Assembly: GCA_041695225.1 (NCBI GenBank)
Contig: JBGFRI010000014.1
Span: 64,001 to 128,000, forward strand
Length of the DNA: 64,000 nt
From: Deinococcota bacterium
GTDB lineage: Bacteria > Deinococcota > Deinococci > Deinococcales > Thermaceae
Reading direction: 5' to 3'
Of the stretch, positions 50,691-61,853 are shown piece by piece. A program made the position numbers and the translations under genes. The stretch's first letter is position 1; the number at the start of each line of letters is the position of its first letter. The notes under the pieces are model-generated. The model saw only the letters and a program-made list of their open reading frames with translations, did no database searches and was not told the DNA's origin.

Positions 50691-50778
50691 CGGTTATAGC
50701 CGATAGACCATAGCCAACAGTCTATGGTCTATGGTCTATGGTCACCCAGCAGCTATCGGCTATTCGCTATCGGCTATT
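50691..50778. repeat. Heptamer inverted repeat cluster between malic enzyme and hspR
   Basis: TAGCCGA/TAGACCA then (GTCTATG)n and GCTATCG units. Confidence 0.8.
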
Positions 50779-52507
50779 GGCTCAGTTGTGCCGGCTTGAA
50801 GGGCAGGTACCTGGGCTGCCAGAACCGCTCAGCTACATAGGCCTGGATGGCCTCCATACCCAGGCCCACCAGGCGTTCTTCTCGGGCCAGGCCCTCCCTC
50901 AGGGCCTGGTGGATGACCCTTGAGGCCACATACTGGCTGACCTGGCGTAACTCCGAGGTGGGAGGGTAAACACGGTCAGGGTGCTTTTTACTGGTGTAGT
51001 CGTAAAGAGCATAAGACGCCTCCAGTACCATTGCATCGGAGACCTCACTGGCCTTGGCCAGCACCGTACCAAAACCCAGTCCAGGAAACACAAAAGCATT
51101 GTTACCCTGCCCGATGGGATATGTTTTGCCGCCCAGTTCAACCGGCTCAAATGGGCTTCCCGCAGCCACCAGGGCCTTGCCGTTAGTCCAGCGCAGGATC
51201 TCTTCGGGAATAGCCTCCGACGAGCTGGTGGGATTGGACAAAGGGAATATAACCGGATACTCGGTACTGGCCTGCACAGCCTGCACCACTGGCCCGGTAA
51301 ACGAGCCGGGCTGCCCCGACAGTCCCAACAAGACCGTCACTCTGGCATTCACGATGGTCTCATACAGGTTGGGTATCTCGCCCGCAATCTGCCAGCCCCG
51401 GACGGTGGCGGGGTCTCTGGCGAACTTCTGCTTGTAGCCTTCCATGTTGCGGTTGCTGAGCAACAATCCCTTGGAGTCCAGGACAAACAGACGCTCCAGG
51501 GCTTCCTCCTCAGGCAAACCCTCCCGCATCAAGCCATCCAGAATGGCCTGGGCCACCCCAGCCCCGCCGGCGCCCGCTCCATAGACCAGAACGCGCTGGT
51601 CGGAAAGGTTCTGGCCCTTGATTCGGCATGCCGACAGCACCCCGGCCAGCGTGACCGCCCCGGTGCCCTGGATGTCGTCGTTAAACGAAGGAAGCACTTT
51701 GCGGTAACGCTCTAGCACAGCAAAGGCGGTATCTTTGCTAAAGTCTTCCCACTGCATCACCGCATGGGGGTAGCGCTGGTGGAAGGCCTCCACGAAGCGA
51801 TCCATAAAGGCGTAGTACTCTGCCCCGGTCAGGCGGCGGTGGCGGACCCCCAGATACAGCGGATCGTTGATCAGATCGGCGCGGTTGGTGCCCACATCCA
51901 GCTCGATGGGCAAGGCTTTGTCGGGCCCCAGCCCCCCTGCCGCGGTGTAGATCGCCAGTTTACCAATCGAAATTGCCAGCCCCCCGAAACCCTGGTCGCC
52001 AATGCCCAGAATGGCCGACGAGTCGGTGGCGACGGCCAGGCGCACATCGTTGATGGGGATGTTGGAGAGGGCTTCTTCGATATGGTGAATGTTGTCTGTC
52101 GAGGCGGTAAACCCGCGCGGGTAGCGGTAGATGTTGGAAAACTGCTTGACGGCTTCTCCCACGGTGGGGGTATAAAGGATGGGCAGCATCTCGCTCAGGT
52201 GATCGACAAACAGGGCAAAGAAAAGCACCTCGTTGCGGTCTTGCAGGTTACGCAGAAAGATATGCTTCTCCAGATCGTTTTCAATCAGGCGATAGCGACG
52301 ATAATTGCGCTCTTTTTGCTCTTCTAAGGTAGCGGCATGGGGTGGCAACAAGCCCTCGAGCCTGAGCACCTTGCGTTCTTCATGCGTAAAAGCCGTTCCT
52401 TTGTTCAAGAGCGGCAAACCCAGCAAGAGCGACCCGACCACAAAGGGCTCAATATACCGCTTACCCCGTTGATCGCGCTTGACATCGTAGTACCGGCTGA
52501 CAACCAT
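50774..52507 (-). CDS. maeA: NAD-dependent malic enzyme
   Basis: [54 protein letters not shown]. Confidence 0.95.
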   Translation of the reverse strand: MVVSRYYDVKRDQRGKRYIEPFVVGSLLLGLPLLNKGTAFTHEERKVLRLEGLLPPHAATLEEQKERNYRRYRLIENDLEKHIFLRNLQDRNEVLFFALFVDHLSEMLPILYTPTVGEAVKQFSNIYRYPRGFTASTDNIHHIEEALSNIPINDVRLAVATDSSAILGIGDQGFGGLAISIGKLAIYTAAGGLGPDKALPIELDVGTNRADLINDPLYLGVRHRRLTGAEYYAFMDRFVEAFHQRYPHAVMQWEDFSKDTAFAVLERYRKVLPSFNDDIQGTGAVTLAGVLSACRIKGQNLSDQRVLVYGAGAGGAGVAQAILDGLMREGLPEEEALERLFVLDSKGLLLSNRNMEGYKQKFARDPATVRGWQIAGEIPNLYETIVNARVTVLLGLSGQPGSFTGPVVQAVQASTEYPVIFPLSNPTSSSEAIPEEILRWTNGKALVAAGSPFEPVELGGKTYPIGQGNNAFVFPGLGFGTVLAKASEVSDAMVLEASYALYDYTSKKHPDRVYPPTSELRQVSQYVASRVIHQALREGLAREERLVGLGMEAIQAYVAERFWQPRYLPFKPAQLSQ

Positions 52508-52619
52508 AGCGATTATGCTACGCTAGCAGCCTGTCAAGGGTCTAGGGTCGAGTGTCCAGGGGCAGGGTTTGACGCAAGAAAGGTGGTTTCGTTGTCGTAA
52601 GCGCAATGAAGGAGAGTGT

Positions 52620-52714
52620 GTCATTCCGAGGAGCGTTTCTTGCGACGAGGAATCTTTTGCTGACAAGCAAACAATACATTGTGCTGCAAAGGATTCCTCA
52701 TTGCTCGAAATGAC
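52620..52714. repeat. Palindromic interspersed repeat (GTCATT...AATGAC family)
   Basis: Terminal inverted repeats GTCATTCCGAG / CTCGAAATGAC and internal GAGGAATC / GATTCCTC. Confidence 0.8.
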
Positions 52715-52850
52715 AACGATTTAGCAGTTTAGCTTGATAATTATTCACTTATACCATTATCGAGTAGACCCTAGCGGCCATGGACAAGGTTGATGGGTAA
52801 AAGGCACTTCGCCTGCTAAGCAGAGGGTGAGGGGGATCTCCCAGCTATAG

Positions 52851-53954
<1,104 letters not shown>

Positions 53955-53985
53955 AGACCCGGCGTAATAACCTTGATTACTATGA

Positions 53986-54311
53986 GCTATCCGTGGCTTC
54001 GACTACTACAGCACCTTGACCGGGAGGATCGAATCGGGCGGAGCGGGCCGGATGACGGTCTGGCTCCTCTATACCGACTACCATCGCCGCTGTCTCTACC
54101 CGCGCCAGGTCTTTTTCCCGATGGTCGGCGAACAGGAGGGCTGGGCGCAGCTGGCCAGGAATATCCAGGCCGAGATAGACGAGGAGCTCATCGAAGCCTA
54201 CCGACGAACGGTGTCGCTGCCCTTCGAGTCGGGCCAGCACAAGCGCATCGGGGTCAAGATCGTGGATGACGAGGGATCGAGAGCCTGCAGGTGATGGAGG
54301 TCGGAGAATGA
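53986..54311 (+). pseudogene. C-terminal remnant of a type III R-M DNA methyltransferase (Mod)
   Basis: RGFDYY...WLLYTDY...RQVFFP...AEIDEELIEAY...SLPF...VKIVDD, then a frameshift into GIESLQV; no 5' part. Confidence 0.75.
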
Positions 54312-54613
54312 AAACCCACGTCTCCTTTTCTAAAGAAGAGCTGGGCGCCTTCTGTCGGAAGCATGGAATACGGCGGCTGGCCATTTTCGGTTCGGCGCTG
54401 CGGTCTGATTTCGGGCCAGATAGCGACATTGACCTCCTCGTTGACTTTTATCCGGATAGAATCCCAACCTTATTCGATATCGCCGGCATGGAGCAGGAGG
54501 CAGCGAAACTATTTGGTGGACACAAGGTAGATTTGCGCACCCCTGAGGATCTGAGTCGCTATTTCCGGGCGCAGGTCTTGGCAGAAGCCGAGGAGCAATA
54601 TGCGTCCGAATGA
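54308..54613 (+). CDS. mntA: MNT minimal nucleotidyltransferase antitoxin
   Basis: FGSALRSDFGPDSDIDL (GSX10DXD), KVDL. Confidence 0.9.
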   Translation: MKTHVSFSKEELGAFCRKHGIRRLAIFGSALRSDFGPDSDIDLLVDFYPDRIPTLFDIAGMEQEAAKLFGGHKVDLRTPEDLSRYFRAQVLAEAEEQYASE

Positions 54614-54944
54614 CCTGATCCGTTTACACCACATTCTGGATGCTGCGCACCAGGCCGGCGAGTTCGTCCGCAATCGTTCCCGTGAGGACCTCGATCGCGA
54701 TAGACAACTTGTGTGGGCGTTGGTGAAGGCGGTCGAGATCATTGGCGAGGCCGCGTATCAACTGAGTCCAGAGGCCAGGCAAGAAATACCCGGCGTCGCC
54801 TGGGACAAGGCCATCGGGATGCGCCACCGGCTGGTCCATGCCTATTTCGATATCAACCTTGACATTCTTTGGAAGACGGTCAAGGAGGGTCTGCCGCCAC
54901 TCATCGAGGAGATTAGGAGGTCGCTGCCTCCGGAGGCGCCCTGA
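54600..54944 (+). CDS. hepT: HEPN (DUF86) RNase toxin
   Basis: EIIGEAA, GMRHRLVHAY (RX4HXY); overlaps the MNT gene. Confidence 0.9.
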   Translation: MRPNDLIRLHHILDAAHQAGEFVRNRSREDLDRDRQLVWALVKAVEIIGEAAYQLSPEARQEIPGVAWDKAIGMRHRLVHAYFDINLDILWKTVKEGLPPLIEEIRRSLPPEAP

Positions 54945-55130
54945 TGCCCCGCACCACCTCTTCGGCCACGCTCAGGGCAGGCATTGAACGCCTCATCGTC
55001 AACTCGCCCTACCAGGAGCTGGCGCAGTGCTGGCACTACCAGGGCAAGTCGCGTCTGTTAGCTCTCGTCTAGGACAGCCGCCGGTCAGCGCTATACGTAG
55101 TGGCCTCCGGCGATTCCAGAGCGTCTTCGA
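54944..55130 (+). pseudogene. N-terminal remnant of a type III restriction endonuclease (Res)
   Basis: MPRTT...IERLIVNSPYQE...WHY...*DSRRSALYVVAS; in-frame TAG at 55070-55072 and truncation. Confidence 0.65.
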
Positions 55131-55362
55131 ACAGGCCTTCATCGGAATTTGGCCCCAGCCATAACTCACCCTGACCCCCAGAGCCTACCGGACTCGGGAA
55201 TACCCGCAAATGCCTTCACCAGTTCAAAAAGTGGAGCGGGCAAACAGCGCTGCTGTTCCTCGAGCTTCTGGAAGCCCACGGAAAAACCGATGAATGGCCA
55301 ATACCGTGGGTCTAAAGTAGACAGAGTTTAACTCTCGACACTCGAGCCTGGTCCTCTGCCTC

Positions 55363-55857
55363 CTAGCCTGCAATCGGCTTATCCAGCTCAAAAGCGCTGT
55401 GCACGGCGCGAAGCGCAGCCTCGGCCGACTGCAAAGGGATGATGGCCGAGACCCGCACCTCGCTGGTGGCAATCATCTCGATGTTGGCCCCTACGCTGGC
55501 CAGGGCCCCGAACATCCGGGCCGGAATACCTGGTGTCGAGGCCAGCGCCACCCCCACAATGGAAATCTTACAAATGTCGCGCCGCAACTGGGCTTCGCCG
55601 CCAATTTCGGCCAGCACAGGCTCCAGAGCCTCCAGGGCATCTTCGACAAAATCCTGGTTGACGGTAAAGGCCATCTGGGTACGGCTGGCCTCGTGGCCGG
55701 GCACTCCCTGAATTATCATGTCCACCGCCACACCGTTGCGCCCCAGTGCCTCGAAGACCCGAGCCGCAATTCCAGGCCGGTCGGGGATGCCTATCAGGCC
55801 AATCTGGGCAATTTCATCGTCTAGCGCCACACCCGTCACAGGGCGATCGAGTTCCAT
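55363..55857 (-). CDS. askB: Aspartate kinase beta subunit (in-frame internal start)
   Basis: GGAGG-ATGGT-ATG inside the gene just before the ACT domains. Confidence 0.7.
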   Translation of the reverse strand: MELDRPVTGVALDDEIAQIGLIGIPDRPGIAARVFEALGRNGVAVDMIIQGVPGHEASRTQMAFTVNQDFVEDALEALEPVLAEIGGEAQLRRDICKISIVGVALASTPGIPARMFGALASVGANIEMIATSEVRVSAIIPLQSAEAALRAVHSAFELDKPIAG

Positions 55858-56589
55858 ACCATCCTCCGTAACTATAGTGCCTGGGTTATAGGAAAAGCTG
55901 CTGCGCACATGGATTTTCACGCCATAGCGCTTGCCGTAATAGACCGCCCTGGGGTGCAGAACCCGCGCTCCCAGCGCGGCCAGCTCGAGCATCTGGTCGT
56001 AGCCGATGCGGGGAAGCTTTTGGGCCTCGGGAATAGCATGGGGGTCGGTGGTGTAGACCCCCTCGGTGTCGGTAAATATTTCGCACTCGTCCGCCCCTAG
56101 GGCCGCCGCGATGGCCACTGCAGTGGTATCGGATCCACCTCGGCCTAAGGTGGTCAATTCGCCCTGGGGGGTAGTACCCATGAAGCCCGCGATAACTGCC
56201 ACTTCTCTCCTGTCCAGTAGTTGCTGCACAAGCGTGGGCTCTACCCGCAGAATTCGGGCATCGCCATAGCGCCCATCGGTGGTAATGCCAATCTGGTTTT
56301 GGGTTAAGCCCCTGGCCGGTATCCCCATCGCGTTGAGCTGCATCGAGAGCAAGGCCACCGACTGCTGCTCGCCAATAGTGGTGAGCATATCTAGCTCACG
56401 CTGCGGCGGGCGCTTGTTGACCCGTTTGGCCAGAGCAATCAGTTCATCGGTCATGCGCCCCATGGCCGAGACCACCACTGCAATCTGGTGGCCCTTCTGG
56501 CGGTAGTGTTCAATGCGCTGGGCTACCTTGCGAATGCGATCGAGGTCGCCCAGACTGGTACCACCGTACTTTTGCACGATCAAACCCAT
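55363..56589 (-). CDS. lysC: Aspartate kinase (alpha subunit; beta subunit from internal start)
   Basis: VQKYGGTS, VVVSAMG, TTLGRGGSD, GARVLHPR, two ACT domains. Confidence 0.96.
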   Translation of the reverse strand: MGLIVQKYGGTSLGDLDRIRKVAQRIEHYRQKGHQIAVVVSAMGRMTDELIALAKRVNKRPPQRELDMLTTIGEQQSVALLSMQLNAMGIPARGLTQNQIGITTDGRYGDARILRVEPTLVQQLLDRREVAVIAGFMGTTPQGELTTLGRGGSDTTAVAIAAALGADECEIFTDTEGVYTTDPHAIPEAQKLPRIGYDQMLELAALGARVLHPRAVYYGKRYGVKIHVRSSFSYNPGTIVTEDGMELDRPVTGVALDDEIAQIGLIGIPDRPGIAARVFEALGRNGVAVDMIIQGVPGHEASRTQMAFTVNQDFVEDALEALEPVLAEIGGEAQLRRDICKISIVGVALASTPGIPARMFGALASVGANIEMIATSEVRVSAIIPLQSAEAALRAVHSAFELDKPIAG

Positions 56590-56674
56590 AGCTAACTGTG
56601 AATGCTAACACGCTGGCAGCCGATAGCCAAGGCCTGTAGCGAATCACAACCTGGCTTTGTTATTACTATCAACT

Positions 56675-56722
56675 TAGACTATAGACTATAGACTATAGAC
56701 TATTGGCTATAAGCTATAAGCC
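56675..56722. repeat. Heptamer tandem repeat (GACTATA)n
   Basis: TTAGACTATAGACTATAGACTATAGACTATTGGCTATAAGCTATAAGC. Confidence 0.85.
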
Positions 56723-56734
56723 GAGGTCAAAAAC

Positions 56735-57067
56735 ATGCAGATCTTTCCCGAATGGTTCAAAGCCTTCAAGCAGGTCGAAATCTGGCAGGGGATGCAGATG
56801 GCAGTGCTGTCGGGGCACAAAGGGCAGGTGGGCTTCGCCCAGGTTGCCCAGGAGACTTTTGTGCCCGAGCACGCCCACGACGGGCAGTGGGGCGTGGTGC
56901 TGGAGGGCGAGGTAGAGTTTATTATTGGCGGCGAGAAGCGAGTTTTCCGCAAGGGCGACTATTACCACATCCCTGGCGGGGTTCCCCATAGTGCAAAGCT
57001 GGCAGCGGGCACAGCATTCATTGACTGTTGGGAAAACGAGCGCTTCCCGCCCGATCGGCTCAAGTAG
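56735..57067 (+). CDS. Cupin domain protein
   Basis: PEHAHDGQWGVVLEG, IPGGVPHSA. Confidence 0.9.
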   Translation: MQIFPEWFKAFKQVEIWQGMQMAVLSGHKGQVGFAQVAQETFVPEHAHDGQWGVVLEGEVEFIIGGEKRVFRKGDYYHIPGGVPHSAKLAAGTAFIDCWENERFPPDRLK

Positions 57068-57075
57068 GGGACGCC

Positions 57076-57846
57076 ATGTACCAGAACATCCTGGTGGAGA
57101 CCCACGCTAAGGTGGGGCTGGTCAGGCTCAACCGGCCTCGGCAGCTCAACGCCCTCAATACCCCAACCCTGAGCGAGCTGGCCCAGGCCATGCTGGCTTT
57201 CGATCAGGACCAAGCCATTGGGGCCATGGTCATCACCGGCAACGAGCGGGCTTTTGCCGCAGGGGCCGATATTGCCGAGTTTCAACAGACCTCCCTGGCC
57301 GAGCTGATGAAGGGTCTTAGGGCCGACCAATACGAGGTTTTGCGCAAGGTTCGCAAGCCCCTTATTGCCGCTGTCTCGGGCTATGCCTATGGGGGCGGCT
57401 CTGAGCTGGCCATGCTCTGCGATCTGATTGTGGCTTCCGACACCGCCAGATTCGCCCAGCCGGAGCTTAACCTGGGCATCATTCCCGGCGGAGGCGGCAC
57501 CCAGCGCCTGACCCGACAGGTGGGGAAGTACCTAGCGATGGAGATGATACTGGCGGGCCGGGTGTTCTCGGCCTGGGAAGCGCTGCAACACGGGCTGGTC
57601 AACCGGGTGGTTCCAGTTGAGCTTTACCTCGAGGAGGCCCTCGAGCTGGCCCAGGCCATTGCGGGCCGCGCACCCCTGGCGGTGCGACTGGCCAAAGACG
57701 CAGTTAACCGCGCCCGGGACCTGAGCCTGGAGCACGGGCTGGGTTTTGAGCGCAGCAACTTCCTGATCGCTTTTGGCAGCGAAGACAAGCAGGAGGGCAC
57801 CACCGCTTTTGTGGAAAAGCGCAGGCCGCAGTGGAAAGGGAAGTGA
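57076..57846 (+). CDS. Enoyl-CoA hydratase (PaaF-like)
   Basis: LNRPRQLNAL, AFAAGADI, GGGSELA, AQPELNLG, GGTQRL. Confidence 0.92.
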   Translation: MYQNILVETHAKVGLVRLNRPRQLNALNTPTLSELAQAMLAFDQDQAIGAMVITGNERAFAAGADIAEFQQTSLAELMKGLRADQYEVLRKVRKPLIAAVSGYAYGGGSELAMLCDLIVASDTARFAQPELNLGIIPGGGGTQRLTRQVGKYLAMEMILAGRVFSAWEALQHGLVNRVVPVELYLEEALELAQAIAGRAPLAVRLAKDAVNRARDLSLEHGLGFERSNFLIAFGSEDKQEGTTAFVEKRRPQWKGK

Positions 57847-57930
57847 GGAGAGCAGGGGTGCAGGGGCGCTCAGGAGAAAGAGCTGAGGCTGTTGGCTGTA
57901 CATTATCCCCATCCCCTTGTCACAGACGCT

Positions 57931-58428
57931 ATGGCTGAACCAAGTATCCAACTGATTCTTACCTTGCTCGACCAGGCCTACAATAAGCCCACCTGGCATG
58001 GTTCCAACCTGCGCAGTTCGCTGCGAGGGGTTGGGGTCCGGGAGGCGCTCTGGCGGCCCCAGCCACAGCGTCACTGTATCTGGGAGTATGTGCTGCACTG
58101 TGCGTACTGGAAATACCTGGCCACTGGCGCCTTGCTAAGGGAGCGGGAGCGAGGCTCCTTTCCTCGCAGGCCCTCTAACTTTCCGGCCATACCGAACAAG
58201 CCCACGGCCAGAGCCTGGAAAGTAGACCTGGCGCTCCTGCACCAGGCTCATCTGGAGCTGCGGCGGGCAGTGGCTGCCCTGGAGCCCGCAGACCTGGAGC
58301 AGAAATGGGGCCGGTGGACGCTGGCCGAACACGCATTCGGCGCAGCCAACCACGATCTCTACCATGCGGGACAGATAAGACTGTTAAGACGGATGCAGGC
58401 CAGCCCGCCAGACCAGGAGGACTCATGA
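57931..58428 (+). CDS. DinB-family protein
   Basis: IWEYVLHCAYW and HDLYHAGQI His triad. Confidence 0.88.
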   Translation: MAEPSIQLILTLLDQAYNKPTWHGSNLRSSLRGVGVREALWRPQPQRHCIWEYVLHCAYWKYLATGALLRERERGSFPRRPSNFPAIPNKPTARAWKVDLALLHQAHLELRRAVAALEPADLEQKWGRWTLAEHAFGAANHDLYHAGQIRLLRRMQASPPDQEDS

Positions 58429-59195
58429 GTGTGCTGCTAAGTGATTTTCAAAACGGCATCGTGACCCTGACCATGAACCGGCCAGATACCGTGAATGCCT
58501 TTACCACCGAGATGCTGCGCGAACTCGGCAAGGCTTTTGGCAAAGAAGCCGCCCAGCCCGAGGTTCGGGTAGTGGTTTTGCGTGGTGCAGGGCGGGGTTT
58601 TTGCTCGGGGCAGGATTTGCGCGAGTTTGAGGGCAAAATTGTCTCCTACAAGTCCCACCTTCGCCACTACCAGACCGTGGTGGAGAATATCGTCAGCCTG
58701 GAAAAGCCAGTTATTGCCGCCGTCCATGGGGCAGCAGCCGGGGCCGGGATGTCGCTGGCCCTGGCCTGCGATCTACGGGTGGCAGCCGCGGATGCCGTAT
58801 TCAGCAGCGGGTTTAGCAAAATCGGCCTGATTCCCGATGCGGGCATGAACTATCATCTGCCCCGCATCGTTGGCTATGCTCGAGCCTTCGAGATAGAAGC
58901 CCTGTCGGGTCGGATCGAGGCCCAGGAAGCCCTGGCCATGGGCCTGGTAAACCGGGTGGTCGCAGTGGACACTTTTGCCGAGGAGGTGGGCAGACTTGCC
59001 GCCGGGCTGGCCCAGGGTCCCACCAGGGCCTATGGATTAATCAAGCGGGCCCTGCAACGCAGCGCCAGCGCGACGCTTCAGGAGATGCTTGAGTACGAGG
59101 CCCTGCTACAAGAGGTCGCGGGCCGTACCGAGGACCATCAAGAGGGAGTACAGGCCTTCTTGCAGAAGCGGCCACCCAGGTATAGCGGAAAGTAA
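58425..59195 (+). CDS. Enoyl-CoA hydratase/isomerase (PaaG-like)
   Basis: GFCSGQDL, AAGAGMSLAL, IGLIPDAG (Asp-type). Confidence 0.9.
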   Translation: MSVLLSDFQNGIVTLTMNRPDTVNAFTTEMLRELGKAFGKEAAQPEVRVVVLRGAGRGFCSGQDLREFEGKIVSYKSHLRHYQTVVENIVSLEKPVIAAVHGAAAGAGMSLALACDLRVAAADAVFSSGFSKIGLIPDAGMNYHLPRIVGYARAFEIEALSGRIEAQEALAMGLVNRVVAVDTFAEEVGRLAAGLAQGPTRAYGLIKRALQRSASATLQEMLEYEALLQEVAGRTEDHQEGVQAFLQKRPPRYSGK

Positions 59196-59204
59196 ACTGT
59201 TCTT

Positions 59205-59786
59205 GTGATTCGTTGCCTAAAGGGGACGGTGCTCAAAAAGGGCCTAAATAGTGTGGTTTTGCTGGTTGGCGGAGTAGGCCTCGAAGCAGGCTGCCCCGGC
59301 TCTACGCTGGCCCAGTTGACCGAAGGGCAGACGGCCACCCTGCACACTAAGCTAATTGTTCGCGAAGATGAGCTGTCCCTTTATGGTTTTGCCGACGAGC
59401 GCAGCCTGGAACTGTTTGAGTTGTTGCTCTCGGTCTCGGGGGTGGGGCCAAGGGTTGCCCTCAACCTGCTTTCTTCGCAAAGCCCTGCGCTGCTGGCCAG
59501 GGCGCTGACCGAGGGCGACCTGGGCTTGCTAACGGCTGCTCAGGGTGTGGGCAAGAAACTGGCGGAACGGATTGCGCTCGAGCTGCGGGGTAAGGTTCCC
59601 GCCCACCTGATGGGTGAAGGCGGGGCTATTGTACGCACTTCCAGCACCCAGGAGGCCGAGCTTGCCCTGGTCACGCTGGGTTTCCGCGAGGGTCAGGTGC
59701 GCAGCGTGGTGGCCGAGATCGCCCAGAAAAGCCCCGAGTCCGGCACCCAGGAGCTCATCAAGCTGGCCTTGAAAGCGCTGCGCTGA
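59205..59786 (+). CDS. ruvA: Holliday junction branch migration protein RuvA
   Basis: VREDELSLYGF, VSGVGPR, GVGKKLAERIALEL, ALVTLGF. Confidence 0.96.
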   Translation: MIRCLKGTVLKKGLNSVVLLVGGVGLEAGCPGSTLAQLTEGQTATLHTKLIVREDELSLYGFADERSLELFELLLSVSGVGPRVALNLLSSQSPALLARALTEGDLGLLTAAQGVGKKLAERIALELRGKVPAHLMGEGGAIVRTSSTQEAELALVTLGFREGQVRSVVAEIAQKSPESGTQELIKLALKALR

Positions 59787-59849
59787 GCAGCCATCTCAGA
59801 TAGACATCGTTTCAATAGCTAACTGCCATGGTGAGCCCCCCTCTACTGC

Positions 59850-59890
59850 CCCTTCGGCAGGCTCAGGGCAGGCTCCTTCGGCAGGCTCAG
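59850..59890. repeat. Short interspersed repeat (CTTCG-N-GCTCAGGGCAGG family)
   Basis: CCTTCGGCAGGCTCAG twice; reverse complement resembles the internal unit at 14867-14918. Confidence 0.7.
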
Positions 59891-60184
59891 TACATGCGCA
59901 GCAACAATGACATTTTGGAGTGAACAACGACAGGCTATGGGCTGTTTTTTCACCAGGAATTGCCTGCATCTGGCTTAGTAATTCCTCGCTCGTCTTAAGT
60001 CCCCGCTGCTGAGCCGGGGATGGAATCTATTCAACAGTACGGGCAGACTGCGGTTCGACCCTCGTCTACACACTCCGCGATCTCTTTGGTAGAAGATGCG
60101 CAGGTAGTGAAAAACAACCACACAACACACTTTGCAAAGTGTTATCGCGGTTGGGGGCTGAGTACTGGTGGGCATACTGGTAAG

Positions 60185-60964
60185 TCACAAAGCCTTTAGC
60201 CAGGGTAGCATCTGTAGCAGGTTGGTAACCTCGAGGTCTGCCGCATACCTGGGGTCTTTGGGCTTAAAGCCGCGCTCGACCCAGACCGATCTCATGCCCG
60301 CGTTGGCAGCGCCGGCCACATCGCGCCCGGGGTTGTCGCCCACCATCACACAGGCCGAGGGCTCCACATCTAGCTGCTTGCAGATGTGCTCGAAGATACC
60401 GCGCTGGGGCTTGCCAATGTCGAGCTCACCGGAGACGGCAATGGCCTGAAAGTAGCCCAGCAGTCCGGAACCCTGAAGCTTTTCGCGCTGCAAATCAGGC
60501 ACTCCGTTGGTAACGAGGCCTAGCTTGTAGCCAGACAGGGCCTTGAGTAACTGGTCAACCTCCGGGTAGCGCGGGTACAACCGTCGTTGACAAAAGAAGC
60601 GCTGGGTCAGGGCTTCGCACAGGGGATGGTCTTGTATCCCCTGGTCGGCCAGGGATTCTTTCCAGACCTCCAGGCGAAAGCCCGCTGCCCACTGGTGCAG
60701 CGTAAGGAGGGCGGGGTGGGTCTGCACCTCGTAGCGGGCCCAGAGCCCCTCAGCCGCACTGTGACCGATGCGCTGGGTATACTCAAAGACTCCAGAGGTC
60801 TGCCAGAGCCGTACTGCTGCCTCCTCGGCGGCCTGCACCAGGCGCGGGAGATCCAGGCTGTACCAGGAAGCAGCATAAAAGGCGCAACTTTGCAGGGCAT
60901 GTAGCGAGACCGGATGATCGAGGATCAAGGTCTCGTCGAGGTCAAAGAGAATGGCCTGTATCAT
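60185..60964 (-). CDS. HAD-family hydrolase
   Basis: FDLDETL, VTNG, GKP, MVGDNPGRDV. Confidence 0.93.
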   Translation of the reverse strand: MIQAILFDLDETLILDHPVSLHALQSCAFYAASWYSLDLPRLVQAAEEAAVRLWQTSGVFEYTQRIGHSAAEGLWARYEVQTHPALLTLHQWAAGFRLEVWKESLADQGIQDHPLCEALTQRFFCQRRLYPRYPEVDQLLKALSGYKLGLVTNGVPDLQREKLQGSGLLGYFQAIAVSGELDIGKPQRGIFEHICKQLDVEPSACVMVGDNPGRDVAGAANAGMRSVWVERGFKPKDPRYAADLEVTNLLQMLPWLKAL

Positions 60965-60973
60965 GCTCTAAAT

Positions 60974-61525
60974 TTAGCGGGCCTTTTCCAGCAGAACCCG
61001 GGCGCCCTCGATCAGGGCCTGGCGCTGATCCTGGGTCAGCTTCAGCCCTTCCCACAGCGCAGTAAAGTAGCTCTCCTGCATGAGGGCGATCTCGATGGTG
61101 ATGATTTTTTCAAAGGCGCTAATGGCGGCAAGTATCTCGGCTCCACGCAAAACGTTGCGCAGGTGCTCGAGGGTCAGTTCCTGCACAATTCCAAAAGCGG
61201 GGATCAGGTGACCTGGCCGGACCCCTACCCGCGCGTGTACCAGGCCAATATACATGCGTCTGCTGGCATACTGGGCATCATAGCAGCCAGCAAAAAGCTC
61301 CCGGTACCAGTCTGCAAACGACTGGTATAGCCTCTCGACCCGGCCGGGCACGCTCCACAGGATTTGGTGCATCTCGGGGTCCCGGCCCAGATAGTCGTAA
61401 AAAGCCAGTGCAATCTCCGAGGCCAGCGGGGAAGCAACCGGCTCAAGACTCCGCAGTGTACGCATCTGCTGCTGGGTAAACCCTGTGCGAACGATCAGGG
61501 TTTGCAGCAGCTCTTCGGGGTTCAC
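60974..61525 (-). CDS. Stand-alone protoglobin / globin-sensor domain protein
   Basis: FYDYL, YIGLVHARVGV proximal His pattern; no output domain. Confidence 0.82.
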   Translation of the reverse strand: MNPEELLQTLIVRTGFTQQQMRTLRSLEPVASPLASEIALAFYDYLGRDPEMHQILWSVPGRVERLYQSFADWYRELFAGCYDAQYASRRMYIGLVHARVGVRPGHLIPAFGIVQELTLEHLRNVLRGAEILAAISAFEKIITIEIALMQESYFTALWEGLKLTQDQRQALIEGARVLLEKAR

Positions 61526-61853
61526 CCTTAGAATTTTACTGCAAGTTGCGCCTGGCGTGAAAAGCCATCAAGGAATCTGCCATTATCTAAAGCGGTAACC
61601 TGGTTTTGTGTTTGGGGCTGCTTTAAGATTACTCTTACCGGGGACAGCCCCTTAGTGGTCTGGGTCAAAAGTTTGGTGACGTAATTGATGATGGCCTTGA
61701 GCCGTAAAGGCAAAATCTACGCGCTATCGTATTTATAGAATCGACCACTTAGGCATAGCTCTAGAGGCCTCATACACCTTGCAGTCACACTACCCGAATG
61801 TGCGCTTGGAAGGGTCAGCAACAAACACACCACCAAGCACTTATACTTTGCGG

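Noticed and set aside
60040..60080. tRNA-like GGTTCGACCC
   Set aside because: No acceptor, D or anticodon stems could be built
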